Shown here: one piece after another, positions 1-10,421 of the stretch
Layout: each line of letters opens with the position of its first letter
Numbering within the stretch: position 1 is the first letter of the stretch
Origin: Terriglobales bacterium
GTDB taxonomy: Bacteria > Acidobacteriota > Terriglobia > Terriglobales > Acidobacteriaceae
Reading direction: 5' to 3'
Assembly: GCA_035691825.1 (NCBI GenBank)
Contig: DASSIO010000060.1
Coordinates: 52,325 to 116,324 of the forward strand
DNA: 64,000 bases
Notes under the pieces: model-generated
Told to the model about the DNA's origin: nothing
The model's input: the letters and a program-made list of their open reading frames with translations, nothing else
Database searches by the model: none
Made by a program: the position numbers and the translations under genes

Positions 1-603
1 AATCCCAACGGATCTGTGCAGCATTGCATACGGCACTTTTCCGGGCCAGGCAGCTTCTTCCTGCAGGCGCTGAACTGGCACAAACTGTTTCCGCAAGCCA
101 AAGTCAGCGATCGTTACTACGCGACCCGCTTTGACTATTCGAAAGCGCAAGCGGTGGACAGCATTGGAACCACCGCGTACATCATCCGGCGCTCGACATG
201 GGAAAATGCGGGCATGCTGGACGAACGTTTCCGCCTGTTTGTCTCCGATCTCGCCTACAACTTCATGCTGAAGCAGAAAGGATATGTGGTCCATTACACG
301 CCCTGCGCGGAGATCGTCCATTTCGGCAGTCAAAGCGTAAATCAGCGAGCTCTAAAGTCGCTGCGCGAACTGCACCAGGCGCTGATCACATTCAACGACG
401 CCTATAACTATTTTGGTAAAAGCCAAGCCAGCAAGTTGTGCGTCCGGGTACTGGTCAGGCTGCGCTATTTCCTGAAGCGGATCGAATACCGGCTTAGTTC
501 CGACAAGCGCGTCATCAAAGGGCCGGGAGCGCCGCCGAAAGAGCTGGTTCGCTCTTTCTCTTCTCTCGCCACCGGGCCAGCCGCAAAAAGTTCTTCCCGC
601 TAG
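1..603 (+). CDS. Glycosyltransferase family 2, C-terminal fragment (5' end outside the window)
   Basis: The frame is open from nt 1; GTG 16 is only the track's first start. The translation (DSIGTTAYIIRRSTWENAGMLDERF...VHFGSQS) looks like the C-terminal half of a GT-A/GT2 enzyme. It lies next to other polysaccharide genes. Confidence 0.65.
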   Translation, partial: NPNGSVQHCIRHFSGPGSFFLQALNWHKLFPQAKVSDRYYATRFDYSKAQAVDSIGTTAYIIRRSTWENAGMLDERFRLFVSDLAYNFMLKQKGYVVHYTPCAEIVHFGSQSVNQRALKSLRELHQALITFNDAYNYFGKSQASKLCVRVLVRLRYFLKRIEYRLSSDKRVIKGPGAPPKELVRSFSSLATGPAAKSSSR

Positions 604-680
604 TGTCCGCGCGCTGAAGTAGCGGGAATTCACGTGATGAAGTCGGATTCCCCGAATGAGGCCTTTAGCCTCACCGGCCA

Positions 681-1364
681 ATGGATCACTACGGTTGCAA
701 TCCTCGTTTGCCAGGAGCTGATACGGTGACGTCAGACGCGATATTCCAGGCAGAAGCTGCGCGTAGCCTTTCTGGCGCCGCTTGTTCGACCTGCCGCCTA
801 CGATGGAAACGGGCCATAGACGTAGTTCTTGGGGCCATATTCCTCGCCCTGTGCAGCCCTTTACTTCTGTTGTGCTGGGTGGCGGTACGTTTGACATCTG
901 CCGGGCCCGCTCTACATTGGTCGTTGCGCGTGGGAAAGGACAATCTCCTGTTCCGAATGCCGAAATTCAGAACTATGCGTGTGGATACACCACAGGTGGC
1001 AACCCATCTATTAACCGATCCGGAGCGATACCTCACGCCTATCGGGCCGCTGCTGAGAAAGACAAGCTTTGACGAACTGCCACAGCTCATTAGCGTCTGT
1101 ACAGGCGATTTAAGCCTTGTTGGCCCTCGGCCGGCCTTATTCAATCAGCACGATCTTGTGGCTTTGCGCACCGCTCTAGGTGTGCATCGGCTGCTCCCGG
1201 GGGTAACCGGCTGGGCACAAGTCAATGGCCGTGACGAATTGCCAATCGCACTGAAAGCACGCCTGGATGCCGATTACATGCGTGAGCAATCATTTTGCCT
1301 GGATTTGAAAATCTTAATCTTGACAGCCTGGAGAGTACTTACAGGTAAAGGGGTGAAGCACTAA
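681..1364 (+). CDS. Initiating sugar-phosphate transferase (bacterial sugar transferase family, PglC/WbaP C-terminal type)
   Basis: One N-terminal TM helix after KRAIDVV. Family motifs present: PKFRTM, DELPQL, GDLSLVGPRP, GVTGWAQV. The start is uncertain because there is no internal Met. Confidence 0.85.
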   Translation: MDHYGCNPRLPGADTVTSDAIFQAEAARSLSGAACSTCRLRWKRAIDVVLGAIFLALCSPLLLLCWVAVRLTSAGPALHWSLRVGKDNLLFRMPKFRTMRVDTPQVATHLLTDPERYLTPIGPLLRKTSFDELPQLISVCTGDLSLVGPRPALFNQHDLVALRTALGVHRLLPGVTGWAQVNGRDELPIALKARLDADYMREQSFCLDLKILILTAWRVLTGKGVKH

Positions 1365-1473
1365 GCCGCAAATTATTTCCGCCTGGCGTTCCAAAAGTTT
1401 TTCCCTGTGATGGCTTGCTCTCAAGTTCTACCAATCTCTGACGATCACTACGGTATCGCCCTACAAGGCCCGA

Positions 1474-3486
1474 ATGTTTTTTTGCCCCATGACACAACGC
1501 GGTAGAAGTCCACATCAGCCGATCGATGGCCAATTTTTCTTGCTGTTGGCTCTGCAGATCGCCCTAATCGCAGGTTCTGTGTGTGCGGCCTGGCTACTTC
1601 GATACGATTTTCGAATTCCCAATTCGAGGCTGCTATGGGAGGTAGTTCCAATTCTGGTTGTGGTTCGCCTTGCGGTTCTGCCTGCCTTCAATCTTGCGCA
1701 CGCATGCTGGCGCTATACGGGCATCCACGACGCCGTTGATCTGTCAAAGGCCATCCTGACGGGCTCGCTTCTACTTTTGTGCGTAATCCGCTACGGGTTT
1801 GGCCTGACTTCCGTGCCGGTTTCCATCTACATGTTGGAGGCGTTGATCAGTTTTATGTTGCTGCTAGGAGTACGCATACTCTGGCGCCTGGCTTCCCAGC
1901 GGACCGGCGTGCACACAGGAGCAAAGCGCCTACTCTTGGTAGGTGCCGGGCATGCTGCCCAAATGATCATTCGTGAGGCCCAGAGTGCACAGACAGAGTA
2001 CACGGTAATTGGCTGTGCTGACGACGATCCCCGCAAGCGCGGGCTGCGCCTTGTGGGCGTGCCCGTTCTAGGGGGAATCGACGCTGTGCCTGAAATTGTT
2101 GCAAGGATGAGTATCGACGAAATTCTGATTGCGATTCCCTCGGCGACCTCCGCCCAAATGCGCCGGATCATGGCAATCTGCAAAGACGTTCCCATCCCTT
2201 GCCGAACCGTGCCGTGCCTAGCGGAATTGGTTGCTGGTCGAGTGACTCTTGAGCAGGCACGAGAAATCTGCGTCGAAGATTTGCTGGGGCGAAGTCCCGT
2301 GGAACTCGACATGCAACCCGTGCACGGACACCTTCGCGACCGGGTTGTGATGGTGACGGGCGCTGCAGGATCCATTGGTTCTGAGTTGTGCCGGCAAATA
2401 AGTATCTGTGGGCCGAAGCTGCTGGTCTGCCTCGATCAGGATGAAACCGGCATTTTTCAGCTGCAGCATCAACTTGCGGGCAATACCGGTCAAAGGGCCT
2501 TCTGTGTTGCCGATTGCTGTAACCAGGAACGCATGCAGAGAATCTTTCGGACTTACGACGTCGAGGTTGTTTTCCATGCCGCCGCATATAAACATGTGCC
2601 GGTCATGGAAGCTAATGTAGAAGAGGCGGTCAGCAACAATGTTTTCGGGCTGCTGAACTTGCTCAATGTTGCACAGAACAGCAACTGCTCGGCGTTCGTC
2701 ATGATTTCGTCCGACAAGGCGGTGCATCCTACCAATGTTATGGGTTGCACCAAGCGGATTGGAGAGCTGATGCTGGCGGCGTGGCCGGAAAAGAAACTGC
2801 GCTGTGTGGCGGTTCGGTTCGGCAACGTGCTGGGGTCTAATGGTAGCGTCATCCCCATCTTTCAGGAACAGATCCGCCATAATCAGCCAATCACCATCAC
2901 TCACCCTGACATGACCCGCTTCTTAATGACTATCTCCGAGGCGGTCAGCCTGGTGTTACAGGCTTTTGTGATTGGCCGAAATGGTGACATCCTGGTGCTG
3001 GATATGGGAGAGCCGATCAAGATCATGGAAGTAGCGAAGGCGCTCGCGCGACTTTCGGGCAAGCCTCGCCAGGAATTCAAGTTTATCGGTATCCGGCCCG
3101 GAGAAAAACTTTTCGAGGAGCTCTTTTATAGCGATGAGCAGGTATTTCCGAGCGCTTGCCAGAGAATCTTGCGCACCGAGAGCGGCCGCCTGGAGTGGGG
3201 CGCCCTGAAGAACCGGCTGGCTGAGCTGTACTATGCCAACTCCGTCGGAAACCGCAACGCTATTTTGGCTGAGTTGAAATGCACCGTTCCTCAATTCACT
3301 TATGAAGTTTCCGGCCAAGACGGGAGTGAATGTACAGCTGAGCCGGTGCTCCCCGCTGGATCGCCCCTGGTTCCCCCCAGGGAACTGATACCCGTGTCGC
3401 TACTATCAGCGGGGGACCGCATAGTCCTGCCGGCATTGAGCGGCGCTCGGGATGTGATTACACAAGTGGCCGACCGGCCCGGCTGA
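1474..3486 (+). CDS. Membrane-anchored NDP-sugar 4,6-dehydratase/epimerase (CapD/PglF/WbpM type)
   Basis: N-terminal multi-TM region and two Rossmann motifs (LLLVGAGHAAQ; VMVTGAAGSIGSEL). YKHVP and SSDKAV...GCTKR motifs are typical of this family. Confidence 0.85.
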   Translation: MFFCPMTQRGRSPHQPIDGQFFLLLALQIALIAGSVCAAWLLRYDFRIPNSRLLWEVVPILVVVRLAVLPAFNLAHACWRYTGIHDAVDLSKAILTGSLLLLCVIRYGFGLTSVPVSIYMLEALISFMLLLGVRILWRLASQRTGVHTGAKRLLLVGAGHAAQMIIREAQSAQTEYTVIGCADDDPRKRGLRLVGVPVLGGIDAVPEIVARMSIDEILIAIPSATSAQMRRIMAICKDVPIPCRTVPCLAELVAGRVTLEQAREICVEDLLGRSPVELDMQPVHGHLRDRVVMVTGAAGSIGSELCRQISICGPKLLVCLDQDETGIFQLQHQLAGNTGQRAFCVADCCNQERMQRIFRTYDVEVVFHAAAYKHVPVMEANVEEAVSNNVFGLLNLLNVAQNSNCSAFVMISSDKAVHPTNVMGCTKRIGELMLAAWPEKKLRCVAVRFGNVLGSNGSVIPIFQEQIRHNQPITITHPDMTRFLMTISEAVSLVLQAFVIGRNGDILVLDMGEPIKIMEVAKALARLSGKPRQEFKFIGIRPGEKLFEELFYSDEQVFPSACQRILRTESGRLEWGALKNRLAELYYANSVGNRNAILAELKCTVPQFTYEVSGQDGSECTAEPVLPAGSPLVPPRELIPVSLLSAGDRIVLPALSGARDVITQVADRPG

Positions 3487-3506
3487 TTTCTACAGAACGG
3501 CGCACT

Positions 3507-5570
3507 CTAGGGCTGAACATTCGTCACGGCTTCTTCTCCAGGCTTTGGGAAATGCTTCTGATACCAGGCAATGGACCGGTCCATGGCATCGATCTGATGT
3601 TTCGTTTCGGATAAGCCGTGCCCTTCGCGCGGATAACGAAGAAAGACCGTCTCAACCCCTACATCTTTGAGAGCGATAAAAAGCTGTTCGGCCTCCGCTA
3701 TGGGAACATCGTTGTCGTTCTCGCCGTGAATGATTAGCGTCGGAGTGTGAGCGGCTGCAATATGTTTCAGCGCAGAGCGCTCCCAGGCCACGTCCATAAG
3801 ATTGCCCTGGTGTAAGAATTGCCCGAACTCCATTTCCTCATATTGGTTGTAGTACGTCATGTAGTTGTAGCTGACCAGATTGGCGATGCCGGCGGTTGGA
3901 ATCGCCGCCTTAAATTCGTTGGTTTGGGTGATGAGCCAATCGGTTAGCTGTCCGCCATAACTGACTCCCTCGATGCCCAGCCGCTCGCGATCAATCCACA
4001 GGTAACGCCGCACCGCCGCACTGACCCCGTAGAGAACATCCTGACCTTCGTTTCCATCCTGATCTCCAAAAACGGCGTCGGCAAACCTCTGCCCGTAGCC
4101 CGTGGATCCCCGATAGTTCACGTTGAGCACGGCGTAGCCCTGAGCGGCATAGACTTGGTTTTTAAAATTGAATGCCGGACCATTTTCTCCATGCGGTCCG
4201 CCATGAATGACCACGATCAGCGGGTGCTTGGATTCAGGCGCCAGGTCAATGGGCTTGGTGAGGAATGCTTCGATGTCGAATCGATTGTCGTTGCTTACGA
4301 AGTTAAATGACTCGACCGCGGCGATTGGTTTACCGGCGAGCAGGTCATGATTCAGTTCGGTGAGTCTTTGGGGCGCTTCGGATCCCGACTTGTAGTAAAG
4401 CTCAAACGCATCTTGTGGTGTACTGAACGCATAAGCCAGACCTCCCGGACCTACCGACCAGCCCCCAACCCATCCCGGATCATTGATCACGTACTGTGGC
4501 TGTGCACCGGAAATGGGCAGACGCACGAGATGGTTACTGCCGCGCTGCTGGACAGTGAAGTAGACCGAAGTGCTGTCAGGAGACCACTGAGGCGGACCTT
4601 CGCGATCGTCAATCACGGCGCCAATTTCCCGGCGGTTGCTGCCGTCGGCATTCATTACCCAAACGTGTGTGTCTTCCATGGTGGTTTCTCGGTCGGTGAG
4701 GCCACGGCGCGTGCCACGGTAGATGATCGATTTGCCATCGGGAGACCAGAGTGGCTCATATTCGCAGTATTCGGTTGCAGTCAGACGATGAATGCTGTTA
4801 TCCGCGAGTTGGAGCGTAAAGAGGTCGTAATTGAAAAACTCGTCCTGATTGGGCTCGCGATTTGACGCAAAGACCAGTTGTGTTCCGTCGGGTGACCAAT
4901 CGATAGAGTGCTCGTCATAATCGCCTTGCGTAATCTGGCGCACGTTTCTAGAGGCGATGTCCACAACGAAAATGTGCAAGCGCCGGTTATCGTTAAAACG
5001 TGACAGTCCTTCGCTGTAATCGGGCTTATAGAGGTACCGCGTAATTAGTATCGGATCGCCAGTGGCTTCGGCAGTGCTGGCGCCGGGCGTAGACGAAATA
5101 AACGCGAGCTGCTTCCCATCAGGTGACCAGGCTATGTCTCTACCTGTTCCGGGCAGAGGTGAATTACTTCCAGAAGTGGCTGCCAGGAAAGTCAATTCGC
5201 TGCCGTCAGCGTGAGCAATAAACAGACCGTGCTTATCCTTCTCGGCACCATGGAATGCGACCCACCGACCATCCCGGGACCAAAGCGGATCGCCGGCCGG
5301 TTGATCGCCCCCGAGGCGCACGCTTTTGTGCGTAGTGAGATCCATAACCCACAGCTCGTCATATGGTCGGCCAGGGCGGTCACGCATCATCGTGGTGTAA
5401 GCGACGTAACGCTCGTCCGGCGAGAGCGCCACAGCCCCCACCGAGCGCAAACGAAGAAGATCGCTGCTTTTTAAGGACTGCCCGTACGCCGGTCGTGCGA
5501 CGGCAGCGAAAATCGCCGCATAGAGCGCGTAGCCTGCGATCTGGAGCCACACGGCTGTTGATCTGTACAT
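3507..5570 (-). CDS. S9 family serine peptidase with N-terminal TolB-like beta-propeller
   Basis: Signal peptide and repeated WSPDG propeller motifs. Catalytic GVSYGGQ (GxSxGG), later GENDNDVP (Asp) and REGHGL (His). Confidence 0.85.
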   Translation of the reverse strand: MYRSTAVWLQIAGYALYAAIFAAVARPAYGQSLKSSDLLRLRSVGAVALSPDERYVAYTTMMRDRPGRPYDELWVMDLTTHKSVRLGGDQPAGDPLWSRDGRWVAFHGAEKDKHGLFIAHADGSELTFLAATSGSNSPLPGTGRDIAWSPDGKQLAFISSTPGASTAEATGDPILITRYLYKPDYSEGLSRFNDNRRLHIFVVDIASRNVRQITQGDYDEHSIDWSPDGTQLVFASNREPNQDEFFNYDLFTLQLADNSIHRLTATEYCEYEPLWSPDGKSIIYRGTRRGLTDRETTMEDTHVWVMNADGSNRREIGAVIDDREGPPQWSPDSTSVYFTVQQRGSNHLVRLPISGAQPQYVINDPGWVGGWSVGPGGLAYAFSTPQDAFELYYKSGSEAPQRLTELNHDLLAGKPIAAVESFNFVSNDNRFDIEAFLTKPIDLAPESKHPLIVVIHGGPHGENGPAFNFKNQVYAAQGYAVLNVNYRGSTGYGQRFADAVFGDQDGNEGQDVLYGVSAAVRRYLWIDRERLGIEGVSYGGQLTDWLITQTNEFKAAIPTAGIANLVSYNYMTYYNQYEEMEFGQFLHQGNLMDVAWERSALKHIAAAHTPTLIIHGENDNDVPIAEAEQLFIALKDVGVETVFLRYPREGHGLSETKHQIDAMDRSIAWYQKHFPKPGEEAVTNVQP

Positions 5571-5806
5571 AAAATCTCCTGTGTTTTGTGTGCCGAGTAG
5601 TGCGAGACATACTAGGGCGGCTGACCCGAATGGTCAATCTGCAGCAGATTGCCAAGAAGCGCTATGGCAAGCGAATCGACCCCCCTACACTTTAGTAATC
5701 TCCAGTTATCAGTCTCCAGTGCCATTTCGACGGAATAGAATCGGCAGTATTCTTGAATTCGTAGCGAGCGGCCCCGTGCCACCAATCAGCTGCGAGGGGA
5801 CCGAGA

Positions 5807-6154
5807 ATGCAAAAGAAAGCTCTGGACAGACGCTTGGGAGACCGTACCCGCATGGTCCTAGGCATTAAACTTCCCAAGGAGCAGCCCGAGCGTCCGGAAA
5901 TGCTCGCTCACACGCTGGATGTGAGCTCTTGGGGCGCACGAATCGGTGCTTTGCACCAATGGATGGACCCCGGTACTGTGCTGGTCATTCAACGCAAGCA
6001 CAGCCGAGTTCGCTGCCGCGTCACTTGGTCGCGGCAGGTCGGCCCCGGAGAGGTGCAGATCGGGATCGAGTTTCTCGACCGTGCCCCCGAATTCTGGGGA
6101 GTTGATCTGGAAGATGGCCGCGCTGGGGTGTGGCTGGCAGATTCAGAACGCTGA
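5807..6154 (+). CDS. Single-domain PilZ protein (putative c-di-GMP receptor)
   Basis: Both PilZ signatures are present: RLGDR (RxxxR) and DVSSWG (DxSxxG). Confidence 0.6.
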   Translation: MQKKALDRRLGDRTRMVLGIKLPKEQPERPEMLAHTLDVSSWGARIGALHQWMDPGTVLVIQRKHSRVRCRVTWSRQVGPGEVQIGIEFLDRAPEFWGVDLEDGRAGVWLADSER

Positions 6155-6189
6155 CCCCCAGCTGCTAGGGCCGCCGCCTTAAGACTTGG

Positions 6190-7413
6190 TTAGGCTGCTG
6201 CCTGCAGAGGTTTTGAGTTATCCGCAAGCATCGCAGCCGACACAGTTTTTCTGGACTGAATCCACTCCGGCGCGAGTTGGCGTTCTTCATCAGGCCGGTT
6301 CATCACAAAAGCGGCCATTAAGCGACTTTCCTGGACCCACCAAGCGCTGAAGCTGGATTCATCCGTGTCGCCCCGAATCACGACCTGGCTGCCGCCCACC
6401 GGGTCACCCCAAAGCTCGTAGGAAAGATCGAACACGTCAGAGAAGAAGTAAGGGATGTGGACAAACGGTTGACGGCCACCCGTCATCGATCTTGCCCAGT
6501 GCTGAGCTTGTGAAACCGCGCTATCCCAATGCTCCACGCGGCGGCGCTTTTCGAATAGCGAGTCAGGGTAGTTGGCGATATCGCCAGCAGCAGAGACACC
6601 CGGTTGGCTCGTCTCCAAGAATTCATTGACTACCACGCCGTTCTCGATATCTATTCCTGCATTCTCGAACGGGCTTGTGACAGGAGTTGCCCCAATGCCC
6701 ACCACCACGAGGTCACAAGCGAGCGTTTGTCCATTACTGAGTAGGACGGATTGAACTGTATCCTTGCCTTGCAGCGCGGTAATACTCACCTCTTTCACCA
6801 GGTCCACGCCGCGATTGGAGTAGTAGCGCTCGAAGAAGCTCGAGACCTCAGGCGTGAACACGCGGCTGCAGACCCGATCTTCGCGAATAATGAGGGTCGT
6901 TTCGATATTCTTCTGCGCCACGACCGAGGCCACCTCCATGCCAATGAAGCCGCCGCCGATAACCACGGCGCTTCTTGCACCCGCAATCCTGGAACGAATG
7001 TTCTGGGCATCGCACATCGAACGGAGATAAAGAACACCCGGCAACGTGTTGCCAGGGATCGCAAGCTTTCGTGGCTGACATCCCGTGGCAAGCAGCAGAT
7101 TCTGGAACCCAAAATTGTCGCCCGAGGCAGTGCGAACTTGACGGCTCTTAACATCAATGGTCGCGACTATCGTGTTCAACGACATATTGATTCCGCGGTC
7201 ACGGTACCACTCCGGCGTATTAATCAGGATGTTGGCCTCGGCATCTCTGCCTGCCAGGAAGCCTTTTGAGAGCGGAGGGCGCTCGTAAGGAACAGCGGAG
7301 TCAGCGGAAACAATCGTCAGTTCGCCTGACTTAAGGCCCCTCTCAACCAGTTCCTTGGCTGCATAGCCGGCAACCATACCGCCGCCGACGATGAGATATT
7401 TTGAAGTTTCCAT
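6190..7413 (-). CDS. FAD-dependent pyridine nucleotide-disulfide oxidoreductase (ferredoxin-reductase/AIF-like)
   Basis: Two dinucleotide-binding motifs (YLIVGGGMVAGYAA; AVVIGGGFIGMEVA). I moved the start from TTG 7440 to ATG 7413, which has GGAGAGG just upstream. Confidence 0.8.
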   Translation of the reverse strand: METSKYLIVGGGMVAGYAAKELVERGLKSGELTIVSADSAVPYERPPLSKGFLAGRDAEANILINTPEWYRDRGINMSLNTIVATIDVKSRQVRTASGDNFGFQNLLLATGCQPRKLAIPGNTLPGVLYLRSMCDAQNIRSRIAGARSAVVIGGGFIGMEVASVVAQKNIETTLIIREDRVCSRVFTPEVSSFFERYYSNRGVDLVKEVSITALQGKDTVQSVLLSNGQTLACDLVVVGIGATPVTSPFENAGIDIENGVVVNEFLETSQPGVSAAGDIANYPDSLFEKRRRVEHWDSAVSQAQHWARSMTGGRQPFVHIPYFFSDVFDLSYELWGDPVGGSQVVIRGDTDESSFSAWWVQESRLMAAFVMNRPDEERQLAPEWIQSRKTVSAAMLADNSKPLQAAA

Positions 7414-7449
7414 GGCTTCCTCTCCATCGCGCAACCGCAAAGGCCCGGT

Positions 7450-8334
7450 CTACGCCGACTTCCTCAAAGTGCTCTGGTAGTCGGCCACAAACTTCTGAAT
7501 TCCTTTGGTGGTCAGTTCATGTTGCAGATCGAAGCTTTCCCAGGGAGCATTGAGATCTAGTTCCTTGTAAGGGATTGGTTTCAAGAGACGCCCGCTTGCA
7601 TCCCGCCCCTCGTATACGAAATCCTGGCCCGGTTTTTGAAGATTGTTTTGCGCCCACTCCTCTAAGACTTTTGCCGGTACGGTGGCAAGTTCGGCTCCCA
7701 ACTGAATTGAGCTGAGTAGGTGGTTCAAGTTACGTATGCTGGCAGCTAGCACATGCACGTGATGATCGCCACGTTGGTACATGCGAATGATGTTACGAAC
7801 GACGTCCATTCCGTTTTCACCGCGGTCGTCGAGCCGGCCGAGAAATGGTGAGACATAAACTGGCTCGCTTGCGCCCTTGGTGGCGGCGTAAACTGCTGCC
7901 GCTTGCTCCTGCGAGAAGCACAGAGTCACATTCACACGGATACCGTCCCGAACCGAAATCTGGGCGGCGCGCAACCCTTCGTGCGTACACGGGTATTTGA
8001 TGTAAGCGTTTGGGATCCAGGTAAACATGTCCCGGCCTTGCTCCAGCATGTCCTCGGCGCGAGTGTTCAGATCCGAAAAGACCTCAATGGATACACCGGC
8101 GTCGCCGACCAATGGCGAGATTTGTTGCACGATGCGGCGATAGTGTTCTTTCTCCTCTGCTTCGCTGAGCTTGTGCCCGGAGTCGATAAGGCGGTGGACG
8201 TCCGGGTTCTTCGCAATGAGACTCGGATTGGTAGTTTGGCCATCGACGAAACCGAGCAGTTGTTTTACGCGGAGAGTCTCTGCGGGATCTCCACCATCCA
8301 CGAGAATTTTGGTCTCAGGTCTTTGCGTTAGCAT
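7450..8334 (-). CDS. Transaldolase family protein
   Basis: GQTTNPSLI motif and TIM-barrel-like length. ATG 8334, preceded by GGAAGAGGAAG, is preferred over TTG 8355. Confidence 0.75.
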   Translation of the reverse strand: MLTQRPETKILVDGGDPAETLRVKQLLGFVDGQTTNPSLIAKNPDVHRLIDSGHKLSEAEEKEHYRRIVQQISPLVGDAGVSIEVFSDLNTRAEDMLEQGRDMFTWIPNAYIKYPCTHEGLRAAQISVRDGIRVNVTLCFSQEQAAAVYAATKGASEPVYVSPFLGRLDDRGENGMDVVRNIIRMYQRGDHHVHVLAASIRNLNHLLSSIQLGAELATVPAKVLEEWAQNNLQKPGQDFVYEGRDASGRLLKPIPYKELDLNAPWESFDLQHELTTKGIQKFVADYQSTLRKSA

Positions 8335-8611
8335 AACTTCCTCTTCCGTTTGCAAGTTGATTCATAACAGGGCTGCTGAACCCCAGTTCCCTTAGGAGGC
8401 TGAGGCGGATTCGTGGCGCGTCGGAATGCCACTTTGGATGCAGGGGGGAATGCCGAAGGCTGTCGATCAGTCGAGCGGGCGGTGGCGACAAAACTCAAGC
8501 TCAAGTCTGTGCCCATACATGGTTCAGAGTGCTGAGAGGCGAAAATGTTACGAACTCATTGGGCGCGTATCCTGCAATGCACTTGCGAAGCGTAAGAGTG
8601 GCTTCCCGGGC

Positions 8612-10321
8612 TCATGGTTGGGCACGGTCCAAAATTATCTTCTTGGCAGTCCCGTCGATTGCTCTAATGCGAAACTTGCCAATCTGGCCCGGACGGACAG
8701 CTTCGGTACTGCTCCCGCTCGCCGAAGATCCGCTTTTCCAGCGCTGCCGCAGCATAGAAGTTAGTGAAGCCAGATCAGTGTTCGCGGAGGCACCGTCAGC
8801 CGTTGCTTTCGCTTGCGCTTGGGTAGCTTGAATTTGCAGGTTGCAAGTTCCCTGAAGTCCTTCTCCGAGCTCCACCCGAAGCTCCGCACCGGATACCTCA
8901 ACAACGCGGCCGGTTACAACATCGCCTTGCTTATGCTCGGACACGTATTCATCGAAGGTAGTCGGCAGCATCCGCTTCATGCTCAAACGCAGGATTCGCC
9001 GTTCGGGATCTATGGCCAGGACTTCAGCCCTTACCGGTTGTCCGATTTTGAGCGCGTCTTGTGGATGGTGGATGCGCTTTTCGACGCTGATTTCGCTGAT
9101 ATGAATCATGCCCTCCACGCCTTCCGAGATTTGGACGAACGCCCCGAACTTGGTCAGGCTGGTCACCTGCCCCTCCGCGATCGACCCGACGGGGAACTTC
9201 TCGGATAAGCCCACCCATGGATCACCTAACGCTTGCTTCAAACCCAGGGAGATACGGCGTTCAGGAACCGTTAATCCCAGAACAATGACTTCCACGATGT
9301 CACCTGGCTTGACTACGTCAGCGGGGGTGCGCACCTTTTTTGTCCATGACATCTCTGACACGTGAATCAGACCTTCAATTCCGGGCTCGAGTTCAACAAA
9401 GGCCCCAAAATCCAGTACACGCGTTACGGCCCCCCGCGCCCGCTCGCCGACACGGTATTTCGCGGCTGCGTTATTCCAAGGGTCTGGCTGAAGCTGTCTC
9501 ATGCCAACAGAAATGCGCTGTTTGCCAGCTTCTTCGGCTACTTTCAGAATCTTGACCTCAAGCTCTTGACCGACGGAGAGGACGTCTGCAGGATTCGGGA
9601 CACGGGCCCAGGCAATATCGCTGACATGCAGCAAGGCATCCACACCACCCAAATCAATGAAGGCTCCGTAATCCATCAGGCTCCGTACCGTGCCTTGAAC
9701 CGTATCGCCTTCGCGAAGTTCAGAGTACCGGTGGCTTTTGGCGGAACGGGCCTCTTCCTCCAGGACTGTACGCCGGTCAACCACGACATCTTCCTCTGTG
9801 GCGTCAAGTTTAGTAATGCGGCAGCGAATTTCCTGTCCGACCAACTTCTCCAATTCAGAAGCATCCCGTGCCCCGCTGCGCGACAATGGCATGAAGGCTC
9901 GCACACCTACATCAACGCTTAGGCCACCTTTAATTAGTGACGTGACCGTACCCGCGATCGTAGTCTTCTCGGCGAACGCCGTTTCCAGCGCCGCCCAGTC
10001 GCGCGGTCGCTGAATGCTTCCCCGAGACAACTCGTAGTAGCCCTCCGGATCGCGCCCTTTAATGCTGACCAGCAACTTGTCTCCCGGCCTCACGGCATTG
10101 GCGTTGCCCTGAAAGGAAGTGAGCGGCAAAATTCCTTCGGTCTTCAGGCCAACGTCGACGACAACAGAATCGGGAGTGATCGCAACCACGGTTCCTTCAC
10201 GCGATTGGTCGCGCTGCTCTGATTTTTTGGCCGCATTCCGTTCGTACTCACTGAGAATGTCCTTAAAGGACTCGGTGGTGTTGTCGGTTGATCTGGAGTC
10301 TGAGATTCTTGATTCGGGCAT
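8612..10321 (-). CDS. rpsA: 30S ribosomal protein S1
   Basis: Six tandem S1/OB repeats with the recurring G.V......GAF(V/I).L..G.EG(L/M)IH.SE pattern, plus a C-terminal Ser/Ala-rich tail. Confidence 0.9.
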   Translation of the reverse strand: MPESRISDSRSTDNTTESFKDILSEYERNAAKKSEQRDQSREGTVVAITPDSVVVDVGLKTEGILPLTSFQGNANAVRPGDKLLVSIKGRDPEGYYELSRGSIQRPRDWAALETAFAEKTTIAGTVTSLIKGGLSVDVGVRAFMPLSRSGARDASELEKLVGQEIRCRITKLDATEEDVVVDRRTVLEEEARSAKSHRYSELREGDTVQGTVRSLMDYGAFIDLGGVDALLHVSDIAWARVPNPADVLSVGQELEVKILKVAEEAGKQRISVGMRQLQPDPWNNAAAKYRVGERARGAVTRVLDFGAFVELEPGIEGLIHVSEMSWTKKVRTPADVVKPGDIVEVIVLGLTVPERRISLGLKQALGDPWVGLSEKFPVGSIAEGQVTSLTKFGAFVQISEGVEGMIHISEISVEKRIHHPQDALKIGQPVRAEVLAIDPERRILRLSMKRMLPTTFDEYVSEHKQGDVVTGRVVEVSGAELRVELGEGLQGTCNLQIQATQAQAKATADGASANTDLASLTSMLRQRWKSGSSASGSSTEAVRPGQIGKFRIRAIDGTAKKIILDRAQP

Positions 10322-10421
10322 GAAGGGTAAGAGCCTCGCGCGGAGATATGGCTAGGATAGCAAACATTCGGCGCCGTTCTTGCGACCCGACTAAACTCCC
10401 AGATCGTAAAATTAAAGCTGC